A stretch of 27,422 bases of DNA from a virus. Each line of letters opens with the position of its first letter. The stretch's first letter is position 1. The DNA lies in IMG/VR virus record IMGVR_UViG_3300035208_007474; one strand, written 5' to 3'. A program made the translations under genes and the position numbers. The notes under the pieces were generated by a model. That model was not told where the DNA came from, searched no databases, and was given only the letters and a program-made list of their open reading frames with translations. Positions 7,837 to 16,142 of this stretch are shown here, in pieces.

Positions 7837-7868
7837 TTTCTTTTGAAAAACAAGTAAAATTATAGTCC

Positions 7869-8273
7869 ATGACGATTTTATTTATATATGGTACGTTAAA
7901 ACGTGGATTTCATAATCATTGCCTATTAGATGGGCAAACATTTATATCCGTGGCTTTCACTAAGTCGATATATAGAATGTATGATTATGGTCATTTTCCT
8001 GTTATGGTTGTGGACATGGACGGCGTAAATATTCACGGGGAATTGTGGGAAGTGAATGATTTTTGTTTAAAGCAATTAGACAGACTAGAAGGCATCCCAC
8101 ATTTTTATGACAGATTGCCTGTTGAATTACTAGCCTCACTTCGATGTACCGGACGCCATCGCCGCCCGAAGGCCAAGGTTCATAATATTAAAGCTGAAAC
8201 TTATATCTGGCAGGGAGAAGTAGTTGGGTTAGAAGATTGTGGCCATAAATGGATTAAGAAGGCTAGGAAATAA
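7869..8273 (+). CDS. Gamma-glutamyl cyclotransferase / AIG2-like family protein
   Basis: N-terminal IYGTLKRG (YGSL-type motif), GELWEV, LDRLEGIP..YDR, all typical of the GGCT/AIG2 fold. Confidence 0.65.
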   Translation: MTILFIYGTLKRGFHNHCLLDGQTFISVAFTKSIYRMYDYGHFPVMVVDMDGVNIHGELWEVNDFCLKQLDRLEGIPHFYDRLPVELLASLRCTGRHRRPKAKVHNIKAETYIWQGEVVGLEDCGHKWIKKARK

Positions 8274-8296
8274 AATATTTTGTTAAAGGCAAAACT

Positions 8297-8437
8297 ATGA
8301 CAAACTCAAAACAGAAATGTTGTTGTTGTGGTGAACCGATTATAGGAATTAAACATCCAACTCCCGAAGGAGATATGTGTGATTCTTGTTACATAGAATG
8401 TGTTTGTAATGACGATGACGATGATGGTTGTCCGTGA
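8297..8437 (+). CDS. Small Cys-rich, acidic protein (46 aa: KCCCCGEP...CDSCYIECVCNDDDDDGCP)
   Basis: Below the ORF-track cutoff; I translated it by hand; AAAGG 7 nt upstream of the ATG; 11 Cys in 46 aa. Confidence 0.3.
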   Translation: MTNSKQKCCCCGEPIIGIKHPTPEGDMCDSCYIECVCNDDDDDGCP

Positions 8438-8458
8438 CTGTTAAAATAAGGAATTAAT

Positions 8459-8776
8459 ATGGAAACAATTACCACTCAAGAGCAATTTAATGAAATCACA
8501 TCACAGGGCGTTTCGCTAATTGATTTTGCGGCTAGTTGGTGTATGCCTTGCAAAATGATGGCCCCATTGTTAGATGACTTAGGTAAAAAATTTGAAGGTA
8601 GGGCTAGATTTGCGACGTTAGACGTAGATGAAGCAGCGAAAGTGGCCGTTCCTTTTAATATATCAGCGGTCCCCACTATCATGATTTTTAAAGACGGCAA
8701 TATGGCTGACAAGCTGGTGGGTATGCAAAATCAAGAAACCCTAGAAACTGCTGTAGAGGCAGTGCTTAAAAAATAG
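8459..8776 (+). CDS. trx: Thioredoxin
   Basis: 105 aa; WCMPCK active site (WCxPC); thioredoxin length and fold pattern (..PTIMIFKDG..); RBS AAGGAA. Confidence 0.9.
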   Translation: METITTQEQFNEITSQGVSLIDFAASWCMPCKMMAPLLDDLGKKFEGRARFATLDVDEAAKVAVPFNISAVPTIMIFKDGNMADKLVGMQNQETLETAVEAVLKK

Positions 8777-8828
8777 CTTTACGTTTGCCTTTTCCAATTT
8801 CTATAATTTACCTGTCTAGGAGAAAATT

Positions 8829-9401
8829 TTGAAAATTGATTTAGGTAAATTATTAGTAAGCCAAGAGGAATTAAGAGATGTGCAACAAGTCGTTGGCATG
8901 GTTCGTCATGTCTATAATCATGGTTTATGGACACAAGAAGTGCTAGACAAGTTTTCTCCTGATGGGTCTAATAAATTAATCGCTGTTACTCGTTTTCCAG
9001 ATGATAAGTTGCTTTTGCACGATGGACACCATAGATTATTTGCCACTTTATTAGCTGGTCGAAGGGTCTTGATGCCGGAAGAATATGTGTTAACAGACAG
9101 GCAATATGCGGATTACTTGGAAATAAACTTTAAGACTGGTTGGCTAACTCCGTTTTGTCCGATGAAAGAGATTAGAATTGCCGATTTTATCAATTTTAAG
9201 AGAGAAGCCGCAGCCATCGTCGCAATAAATGAAGAGCGAGCTAAGAGTTTTATCGTGGCAAATAGACAAAGATATGTTCGACTTCGAACACTGCATACGT
9301 TGGAAGATTTAGTAAAACGATATGAAAATGAACTCAAGAGACAAGATATATGGCAATTGTCTGATGCTTGCGCCCAACGGCAAGCCAATGTGCCGGTGTG
9401 A
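8829..9401 (+). CDS. ParB/sulfiredoxin-like nuclease-domain protein
   Basis: LLLHDGHHRLFA (ParB N-terminal DGxHR motif); TTG start 6 nt after AGGAG. Confidence 0.55.
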   Translation: MKIDLGKLLVSQEELRDVQQVVGMVRHVYNHGLWTQEVLDKFSPDGSNKLIAVTRFPDDKLLLHDGHHRLFATLLAGRRVLMPEEYVLTDRQYADYLEINFKTGWLTPFCPMKEIRIADFINFKREAAAIVAINEERAKSFIVANRQRYVRLRTLHTLEDLVKRYENELKRQDIWQLSDACAQRQANVPV

Positions 9402-10074
9402 TGACAAAAAAGTTAATTGGTATCTGTCTAGGAATTTGGCAAAAGTTGTTGCTGAGAATCCGCCAATAATTCAATTAACCTTTGTTCCAAAAGGTGAAGG
9501 GCACGAAGACTTATATTATCTTCTCAAAAAGAATAATGTTTGTGCCGTTTGTGGTGGTTCCAAAGAGTTGACAAGACATCATTTAGTACCACACGAATAT
9601 CGCAGGCACTTCCCAGATTATATTAAAAAACATAATTCATATGATATTTTATTATTGTGTGTTGACTGTCATGTGAAATATGAAGAAACAGCAGTTCAGT
9701 TTAAAAAGCAAATAGCAGAAGAGATGGGGATTCAATTTCACAATCCAAGGAATCTCAATAAACGGTTAGTTGTTGCCAAGCGCATCGCCAATACATTGTT
9801 AACTCATGGTGATGCGATACCGCAGTCTAAAAAAGATATTTTATTGGCAAGAATTTCGGAAAGTTTGGACAAAAAAAATGTGGATTTTGCGGAGTTGTCT
9901 GCGATAGCTGCTCTTGAATTAGAGCTACCGCCGCCAACGAAGAATCAAGCTCAACAAGTTGTCGAGCAGTTACCCGATTTGTTTACGTTTGTTGTGCGGT
10001 GGCGGGAACATTTTGTCGAAACGATGAGTCCGAAATTTTTACCGGCGTATTGGGAAACCGATAAGTCATTATAA
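9322..10074 (+). CDS. HNH-motif protein (CxxCGG..HHLVP..N..LLLCxxCH); start uncertain (9322, 9364 or 9388)
   Basis: CAVCGGSKELTRHHLVPHE...HNSYDILLLCVDCHVKYE matches the HNH beta-beta-alpha-metal consensus; with the 9322 start it overlaps the upstream gene by 80 nt. Confidence 0.5.
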   Translation: MKMNSRDKIYGNCLMLAPNGKPMCRCDDKKVNWYLSRNLAKVVAENPPIIQLTFVPKGEGHEDLYYLLKKNNVCAVCGGSKELTRHHLVPHEYRRHFPDYIKKHNSYDILLLCVDCHVKYEETAVQFKKQIAEEMGIQFHNPRNLNKRLVVAKRIANTLLTHGDAIPQSKKDILLARISESLDKKNVDFAELSAIAALELELPPPTKNQAQQVVEQLPDLFTFVVRWREHFVETMSPKFLPAYWETDKSL

Positions 10075-10117
10075 AGAGCTAGTTAAAATGTACATTGGGT
10101 TCTCCGTAAGGAGGTAA

Positions 10118-10786
10118 ATGAGTAATTTTAAACGATATGTCGAAGAAGGAAGAGAATGGCGTGGGAAATATCCCAAGACATATCATTTCAGTTTTTCGCC
10201 AAATCTTCAAAATGATGACAGGATGTTAGAAGATGACAATATCCTTGTTGGAAAGAATGTCGTTGTAAGCGAAAAATTAGACGGCGAAGGAACCGGGATG
10301 ACCAGAATTGTATGTCACGCTCGTTCTTTGGATTCTAGGGACCATCCTTCCAGACATTGGGTGAAAGCGTTGCATGCTTCTGTTAAACAAAACATACCTG
10401 AAGGTTGGCATTTTTTTGGGGAAAATTTATTTGCCGCCCATTCGATTCGATACGATAAATTGCCGACATATTTCTTTTTGTTTATGATTGTTAATGATAA
10501 ACAAATGTGTTTGTCGTGGCAGGATACAAAAGAGTGGGCAGAATTGCTCGGACTACAAACCGTACCTGTTCTTTATGAAGGCCCATGGGATATTGAAAAA
10601 GTACAAGCTTGTTACACAGGTCAATGCCCTTGGGGAGAAGCCCAAGAGGGATATGTGGTTCGCAATGCGGCAATGTTTCCGATTAAAGATTTTTCACTTA
10701 ATATGGGGAAATGTGTGCGATACAACCATGTTCAGACAGGTGATTTTTGGATGAAAAATTGGGTTCAGAATAAATTGTCCAAATAA
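10118..10786 (+). CDS. ATP-dependent RNA ligase, Rnl2-like nucleotidyltransferase domain
   Basis: Motif I VSEKLDGEGTGM (KxDG), motif III FFGENLFA, motif IIIa YFFLFMIV, motif IV EGYVVRN and motif V GKCVRY, collinear with the T4 Rnl2 N-terminal domain; strong RBS AAGGAGG. Confidence 0.65.
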   Translation: MSNFKRYVEEGREWRGKYPKTYHFSFSPNLQNDDRMLEDDNILVGKNVVVSEKLDGEGTGMTRIVCHARSLDSRDHPSRHWVKALHASVKQNIPEGWHFFGENLFAAHSIRYDKLPTYFFLFMIVNDKQMCLSWQDTKEWAELLGLQTVPVLYEGPWDIEKVQACYTGQCPWGEAQEGYVVRNAAMFPIKDFSLNMGKCVRYNHVQTGDFWMKNWVQNKLSK

Positions 10787-10809
10787 ATTGTAAATGCACT
10801 CTAATACTA

Positions 10810-10837
10810 TTGACTTTTGAGCGATATTACTTATAAT
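10810..10837 (+). promoter_or_regulatory. Strong sigma70-like promoter TTGACT-N16-TATAAT, placing the tandem repeat array in the 5' UTR of the methyltransferase gene
   Basis: Hexamers at 10810-10815 and 10832-10837. Confidence 0.55.
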
Positions 10838-10854
10838 TAATTTTAACTTTTACT

Positions 10855-10974
10855 AACTTCCCTTTCAACTTCCTTTTCAACTTCCCTTTCAACTTCCCTT
10901 TCAACTTCCCTTTCAACTTCCCTTTCAACTTCCCTTTCAACTTCCCTTTCAACTTCCCTTTCAACTTCCCTTCC
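10855..10974 (+). repeat. 10 x 12-nt perfect tandem repeat (AACTTCCCTTTC), intergenic or leader
   Basis: Read directly: 8 identical copies, one C->T variant (copy 2) and a degenerate last copy; it ends 9 nt before ATG 10984. Confidence 0.95.
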
Positions 10975-10983
10975 TTCGGTGCT

Positions 10984-11892
10984 ATGACGGCACGATTTAT
11001 AATGACAAGGATGAAATTGAATATACGAAATAATATGCCTAGTTTTTTTAGATATCCGGGTGGAAAATCTAAATTAAGAATTCAAATCACAAATGCTTTG
11101 AATAAATGGTCTTCGGATACCACAGAGTATAGGGAGCCATTCTTTGGTGGTGGGTGCATTGGAATAGAGTTTCTAAAGTGTAATCCAAACATTAAAGATA
11201 TTTGGATTAACGATAAAGACGATGGTATCTCTTGCTTATGGACATCAGTGATAAATTATCCAGAGTTGCTAAAGGATTTGGTTCATAATTTCAAACCGTC
11301 TGTTGAAAAGTTCGATGAATTTAAAAGTAAGCTTATTGCGGCACCAATTCTAAAGTCAGACGAGGAAGTTGTGCAATATGGTTTTATGAAATTAGCCATT
11401 CATCAAATATCATATTCTGGATTGGGAACAAAATCTGGTGGTCCTTTAGGTGGTAGAGAACAAAAGTCTAAATATCTTATTGATTGTCGATGGTCGGTTG
11501 ATTACATATGCAAAAAAATAGATTTATTGCATGATATGTTTTCAAAATTATCTGTCAAGGATAAAAAGTGTTCTTGTTTAGATTTTGCCGATGTCATTGC
11601 CGACGCTGGAAGTGCCGTTATATATCTTGACCCGCCATATTATGTAAAAGGAAATGACTTGTATCAAGTCGGCTTCACTCAAGAAGACCATTCTCGCCTT
11701 GCTGACTTATTAAAAAAAACCCATTTGTGGGTTTTGTCTTATGACGACTGTGACGAAATTAGAGAATTATATAAGTGGGCACATATAAAAGAAATTCATG
11801 AAGTGAATTACAGTATCACCGCATTAAAAGATAAGCAAACGGGCAATAGATTGTCTCGTGCTAAAACAGAATTATTGATTACACCATTTTAA
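10984..11892 (+). CDS. dam: Dam-family (D12 class) N6-adenine DNA methyltransferase; the true start may be the internal ATG at 11014 or 11035
   Basis: FFRYPGGKSKL (Dam FLKWAGGKxxL), EPFFGGG (motif I), DPPY (motif IV); overall T4 Dam / DpnIIA / EcoDam architecture. Confidence 0.8.
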   Translation: MTARFIMTRMKLNIRNNMPSFFRYPGGKSKLRIQITNALNKWSSDTTEYREPFFGGGCIGIEFLKCNPNIKDIWINDKDDGISCLWTSVINYPELLKDLVHNFKPSVEKFDEFKSKLIAAPILKSDEEVVQYGFMKLAIHQISYSGLGTKSGGPLGGREQKSKYLIDCRWSVDYICKKIDLLHDMFSKLSVKDKKCSCLDFADVIADAGSAVIYLDPPYYVKGNDLYQVGFTQEDHSRLADLLKKTHLWVLSYDDCDEIRELYKWAHIKEIHEVNYSITALKDKQTGNRLSRAKTELLITPF

Positions 11893-11915
11893 GAGTCATT
11901 ACAGAAAGGAACTCT

Positions 11916-12548
11916 ATGTTAGACATTATTAATAACAATATATGTTTTTATCAACAACCACTTCAGATTTCTTCGCAAAAGCACATTAGTTGGCTTAAGA
12001 AATCAGAACTTCATGCTGAAAATATGTTTGAATCTAAGAAGTATTATGCCTCTCGCAGGGCTGCGGTGCCAGCCAAATTACAACACGATATAACGAATGG
12101 CAAATATGGTGAATTCATCGCAGCAGAATTTTTCCCAAATTTTGGGGTTCCCTACCTTGCACCGGATTTAGTTGTTAAAAAATCAGATGAAAAGAATTGG
12201 GACGCAGACTTGCCGTATTCTAAGGTGGGAAATTTTTTGGATTGTCATGTAAAAACCATCGACCAAGAGAGTAAAGAGAAGTATAATTTTAGTTGGACAT
12301 TCCAGAAAAAAAACACTTATGGTACTGGCGGCGAAGACCGATTGCTCAGTCATCCAGAATGCAAAGACCTAGTGGCGTTTGTTTTAGTACCTACTCTTTG
12401 GGGGGAATCAGAGGCACAGGTGGTGGCGTCCGCTCCATGGAATCTGGTTTTTCCACTTTTGAGAGACCCGCTTCTCCCGAAGTACATTGGGATAAAAAAA
12501 TGTCTGTATTACAAGGACTTAAGAGAACAACCCCACCATGTTCTGTGA
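11916..12548 (+). CDS. Hypothetical protein (210 aa) immediately downstream of dam; possible nuclease, not established
   Basis: RBS AAAGGAA; no motif I can assert with confidence. Confidence 0.5.
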   Translation: MLDIINNNICFYQQPLQISSQKHISWLKKSELHAENMFESKKYYASRRAAVPAKLQHDITNGKYGEFIAAEFFPNFGVPYLAPDLVVKKSDEKNWDADLPYSKVGNFLDCHVKTIDQESKEKYNFSWTFQKKNTYGTGGEDRLLSHPECKDLVAFVLVPTLWGESEAQVVASAPWNLVFPLLRDPLLPKYIGIKKCLYYKDLREQPHHVL

Positions 12549-12635
12549 AAAAACAGGTTTTTTTACAAAATAAAATTGGGTTTTTGTTGAAAAAACGATT
12601 TTTTATGCCATACTCCTTCAATAAGGAGTTGAAAA

Positions 12636-13739
12636 ATGGAAAACGAAAACAAAATTTCGTCGCAGGAATTGGAGCAAAGGCAGCAGAAGGTAGTTCGTGG
12701 AAAAGCGGTGTGGCAGCAGCGATTGCAGCAAGTTTTGTGCCCAAAACTGCAAAATATTTATGGCAAGCTGCATGCCGAAGAATTTGTCAAAAAACTGGTG
12801 GGGGAAAAAGGAAAGCTGCTGACGCTGAAAACCAAAAACGCCAGACTGCCGCTTTCTAGTATCAGCTTTTCACGCTCTAATCCTCGTCTTGATTTGGACG
12901 GACACGGTGATGTGAAGTCGCAAGAAGACTTATATAAGTTCATTTTTGAACATTACAGCATCGACAAGCTTGCGTCAGGTATTAAGCAGTCGGGCGATAC
13001 GCAGGAAAGTATTGTTGTTAATTCCGATGGTGAGAATTTGGAAGGAAATCGGAGACAGTGTGCTTACATGTATCTGTATTGCATGACGGGTGATGAACAC
13101 TGGGCAACTATTCCGGTCGAAATGTTGTCACCCCAAACACAGGAAGCGCAAAAAGTAGCTTTGTTGCTTGTGAGACACGCAGCGACAGGCTTGGCTTGGA
13201 CACCACCGATGAAGGCTCGGTATTGTAAGAATGTGATGAAGAATCTTGGTTTATCATCCGAAGAAGTTGGGAAGCTTACTGGATGGGGGACTAAAGAAGT
13301 AGAGAAGTATTTGAGGGCTTATGGCTTTCTACTACAATATCAGAAGACTACCGGGGACAAGTCCTCCCCAGAGAAATTTTCTTTTTTTAACGAGATTGTT
13401 CATTCACCAAGATTGCAGCGAAGAATGACTGAGGGGAAGATGGTAGGTAAGAAGAAGCCTGTTCTTCCTTGGATTTTCGAGAACATCAAAAATAATCGTA
13501 TCTCTGAGTGTCGGCATATTCGGAAGCTCCCAGATATTTTGGGGTGTCCAGAGGCGATTACCGTGATGGAGAAGGAAGGTGTAGAAGCAGCACTTGGTAT
13601 GCTTGGGGAGGGCGATGGCAGACTTCTCAAAACTCTTAATCGTTGCTGTGCTTTGGTGGCTAAGACTCAGGACTTCACCGCTACCGACAAAAAAGCAATG
13701 AAAAAATTGCGGGGACAGCTTAATGGAATTTTGGATTGA
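12636..13739 (+). CDS. Hypothetical protein with a ParB-like N-terminal nuclease domain (IVVNSDGENLEGNRRQCAYM..IPVEML)
   Basis: The pattern resembles ParB box II (G-x-RR-x-A) preceded by an IVV..DG block; RBS AAGGAG. Confidence 0.45.
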   Translation: MENENKISSQELEQRQQKVVRGKAVWQQRLQQVLCPKLQNIYGKLHAEEFVKKLVGEKGKLLTLKTKNARLPLSSISFSRSNPRLDLDGHGDVKSQEDLYKFIFEHYSIDKLASGIKQSGDTQESIVVNSDGENLEGNRRQCAYMYLYCMTGDEHWATIPVEMLSPQTQEAQKVALLLVRHAATGLAWTPPMKARYCKNVMKNLGLSSEEVGKLTGWGTKEVEKYLRAYGFLLQYQKTTGDKSSPEKFSFFNEIVHSPRLQRRMTEGKMVGKKKPVLPWIFENIKNNRISECRHIRKLPDILGCPEAITVMEKEGVEAALGMLGEGDGRLLKTLNRCCALVAKTQDFTATDKKAMKKLRGQLNGILD

Positions 13740-13762
13740 AAAATTTAATTTTTTAATCTTTA

Positions 13763-13789
13763 AAAAAGCCGCCTTATGGCGGCTTTTTT
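13763..13789 (+). terminator. Rho-independent terminator (AAAAAAGCCGCC-ttat-GGCGGCTTTTTT)
   Basis: 6-bp GC stem flanked by A6 and T6 (bidirectional). Confidence 0.7.
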
Positions 13790-13879
13790 AATTTGCTAGG
13801 CGGGACTAGAATGCTGTTTCCCAATAATTAAATTGTACATGGGGAAGATGTGGATGAAAAATTTCCGAAAGGTGATAAA

Positions 13880-14464
13880 ATGAGTAAATTACAAGATGAC
13901 ATAGTTCAAACATTTAATCAAGGAATGAGTATCGTAGAAACAGCAGAAAAATATGGAATGTCTTATGAAGTTATTTATTGCATAATCACTAAGGCTATCG
14001 GTAATGCGGCAGTTAAAGAACGAAAACGGGATAGAAATAGGTCGGTCATACAAGATTTTACTGACGGTATGAGTCGTTCTAGTTTATGCGATAAATATGA
14101 TTTGTGTTGGGTTACTATTTCTAATATTCTTAAGGCTACTATGAGTAAATGGTCCATCAAAAGGAATGAATTATTAAATCGCAATTTACAAATCATGCAA
14201 GATTACCAACATATTAGTAGACAAGAATTAATGAACAAATATAACTTAAGTTGGACTAGACTTCATGAAATTATCAGTAAAGCAGGGGGAACGGTTAAAC
14301 ATAAACAATATTCATTGCAGTTGTCCTTAAATCTTGGTTTTAAAATTTTGAAAAAGTTATTGTTGAATAAAGATAGTCAATCTATTAGCGAAGAATTAGG
14401 TTGTTCTGTTCAATACGTAAGCTGTATTAGAAAATTGGGACGGGAAAATGGGCTGATAAGTTAA
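13880..14464 (+). CDS. DNA-binding protein with four tandem ~45-aa helix-turn-helix repeats
   Basis: Repeats IVQTFNQGMSIVETAEKYGMSYEVIY / VIQDFTDGMSRSSLCDKYDLCWVTISNI / QIMQDYQHISRQELMNKYNLSWTRLHEI / KLLLNKDSQSISEELGCSVQYVSCI; RBS AAGGTG 8 nt before ATG 13880. Confidence 0.55.
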   Translation: MSKLQDDIVQTFNQGMSIVETAEKYGMSYEVIYCIITKAIGNAAVKERKRDRNRSVIQDFTDGMSRSSLCDKYDLCWVTISNILKATMSKWSIKRNELLNRNLQIMQDYQHISRQELMNKYNLSWTRLHEIISKAGGTVKHKQYSLQLSLNLGFKILKKLLLNKDSQSISEELGCSVQYVSCIRKLGRENGLIS

Positions 14465-14484
14465 TTTTTGTCCATTTTTCTGCT

Positions 14485-14512
14485 TTACAACCATAATTCT
14501 TAAAGTTAGAAT
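14485..14512 (+). promoter_or_regulatory. sigma70-like promoter TTTACAAC-N-TAGAAT for the PARP gene
   Basis: gctTTACAACCATAA motif shared with the promoter at 20600. Confidence 0.45.
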
Positions 14513-14546
14513 GCCTTTGTAACGATTGTTATTTAAGAGAATAGAC

Positions 14547-16142
14547 ATGGGTATTAAACTTGAAAAAAACACGTTTCCAGTAAGCCATGGGGCAGAAGAT
14601 TTCCAGTGTTTCGGTCCTCCTGCCACAAAAGATGGCGTATTTGAAGGGACCATGATTGCTGATTGTGGTTGCTTTACTCAGGATGGGAAAGATTCGAATA
14701 AATATTATCACAGTGCGGTTGTTCAGTCTAAATGTAATCAAAAATGGTACGTTTATTTTGAGTGGGGACGAGTAGGGGCAAATCATCCATCATTTCAATT
14801 TACTGATTGTTCAAATAAGTCTGATGCCGAACATGATTATTGTGACCAGCTTCATCAGAAAAATGATAAGCGTGGCGAATGGATTCAACATCCATCTTTG
14901 GGTAAAATTCTTCGAGCGAAAACAGGAAAAGATTGTTATTTGGTAAGGCCGCAGGCCAAAAGAAGTACCGGCCTTCCAGATGCTAGAACCATTGTTCACA
15001 ATGAAGGTGTTTCTGTTGTTAAAACATCCAAGCCAACTGGCAAGGTTTCGACGGTCAATGTAGACAAAGCCACACTTGAGTTAATGCGGGATTTGAATGT
15101 TGGTACAGTTAATTATACCAGAGCTTCTATGGCTGACGCCGCAATTCCAACTCAAGTAGCTTTGGATGAAGCTCGTTCTATTTTGATTGCAGCACAACAA
15201 CGTGTTTCCAATGTGGGTGATGATGTCGAAGACCAAATCAAAGATACGGAATTGAGGCATTTAACGGCACTGATGTATGGCCGAATTCCTAAGAAGAAAG
15301 ACCGCAACGCCTCACCGGATAAATGGATTCTATCAGCGTCTAATATTGGTACGTGGAACCTAGACATTGATGCATTTGAGTCGGCTTTAAAAACTGCCGA
15401 TATGGGACAAGACCAAGCAGACCCATTTGATGGCATGCGACTTCAGATGCGGCATTTGTCTAAAAAAGGTAACCCAATTGGTGAATTTATTCATGGTTGG
15501 GCACCGAGTGCAACACGTAATATGCATAATTATTTGAAGGAAAAATTGCAAATAATTAATGTATGGGAGATTGAACGTGAAGGTGATGCGGCAAAGATAG
15601 CTAGAGTTCAAGCTGCAATTGCTGCACAAAATTGGAAACCGTCAGAAAGACCGCTGCATCAACCTGCTCGGTCGGACCTTTCTAGAAACATTGCTAAGAT
15701 TTATGCCAGAACTAACACATGTTTACTTTTTCACGGCACACGTACTGTAAATGTGTCGGGTCTGCTGCGTGAATCTTGGCGATTACGTAATAATCTGGTT
15801 GGGGTGCAACTTACCGCTGCTATGTTCGGTCCGGGTGTTTATTGGGCTGATGATTGGAAAAAGAGCGCAGGTTATACCAGCATGTCCGGTGCATATTGGA
15901 CAAAGGGCGGCGGTGGTATTGGTGGTCGTGGTGCATTTATGTTTATAGCTGATGTTGTGCTTGGTGCATCTTATCTTGCCCCAAGAGCAGAAGGTTTTAC
16001 GAAACCACCAAATGGTTATCATTCGGTTTTCGGCAAGGCCAATTTTACAAAGGGTAGTTATGGCGAAATTGCCAATAACGAATTTATTACTTATAACAGC
16101 GACCAGTGTGTGGCCAGATATTTAGTAGAATTCGCTAGGTAA
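14547..16142 (+). CDS. Poly/mono(ADP-ribose) polymerase (PARP) homolog: N-terminal WGR domain, helical region, C-terminal PARP catalytic domain with an H-Y-E triad
   Basis: WYVYFEWGRVG (WGR signature); catalytic LLFHGTRTVNVSGLL (H-G-T), GPGVYWADDWKKSAGY (Tyr), NEFITYNSDQ..YLVEF (Glu, as in PARP1 YNEYIVY); I set the start at ATG 14547 downstream of the promoter. Confidence 0.8.
   Translation: MGIKLEKNTFPVSHGAEDFQCFGPPATKDGVFEGTMIADCGCFTQDGKDSNKYYHSAVVQSKCNQKWYVYFEWGRVGANHPSFQFTDCSNKSDAEHDYCDQLHQKNDKRGEWIQHPSLGKILRAKTGKDCYLVRPQAKRSTGLPDARTIVHNEGVSVVKTSKPTGKVSTVNVDKATLELMRDLNVGTVNYTRASMADAAIPTQVALDEARSILIAAQQRVSNVGDDVEDQIKDTELRHLTALMYGRIPKKKDRNASPDKWILSASNIGTWNLDIDAFESALKTADMGQDQADPFDGMRLQMRHLSKKGNPIGEFIHGWAPSATRNMHNYLKEKLQIINVWEIEREGDAAKIARVQAAIAAQNWKPSERPLHQPARSDLSRNIAKIYARTNTCLLFHGTRTVNVSGLLRESWRLRNNLVGVQLTAAMFGPGVYWADDWKKSAGYTSMSGAYWTKGGGGIGGRGAFMFIADVVLGASYLAPRAEGFTKPPNGYHSVFGKANFTKGSYGEIANNEFITYNSDQCVARYLVEFAR

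Noticed and set aside
10855-10974. Possibility that the 12-nt tandem array is a CRISPR array
   Set aside because: The units abut directly with no spacers, and 12 nt is far shorter than CRISPR repeats.
12293-12859. Plus-strand 188-aa ORF and minus-strand 117-aa ORF spanning two real genes
   Set aside because: They are alternative frames or antisense of 11916..12548 and 12636..13739, both of which have strong RBSs; their composition is junk-like.
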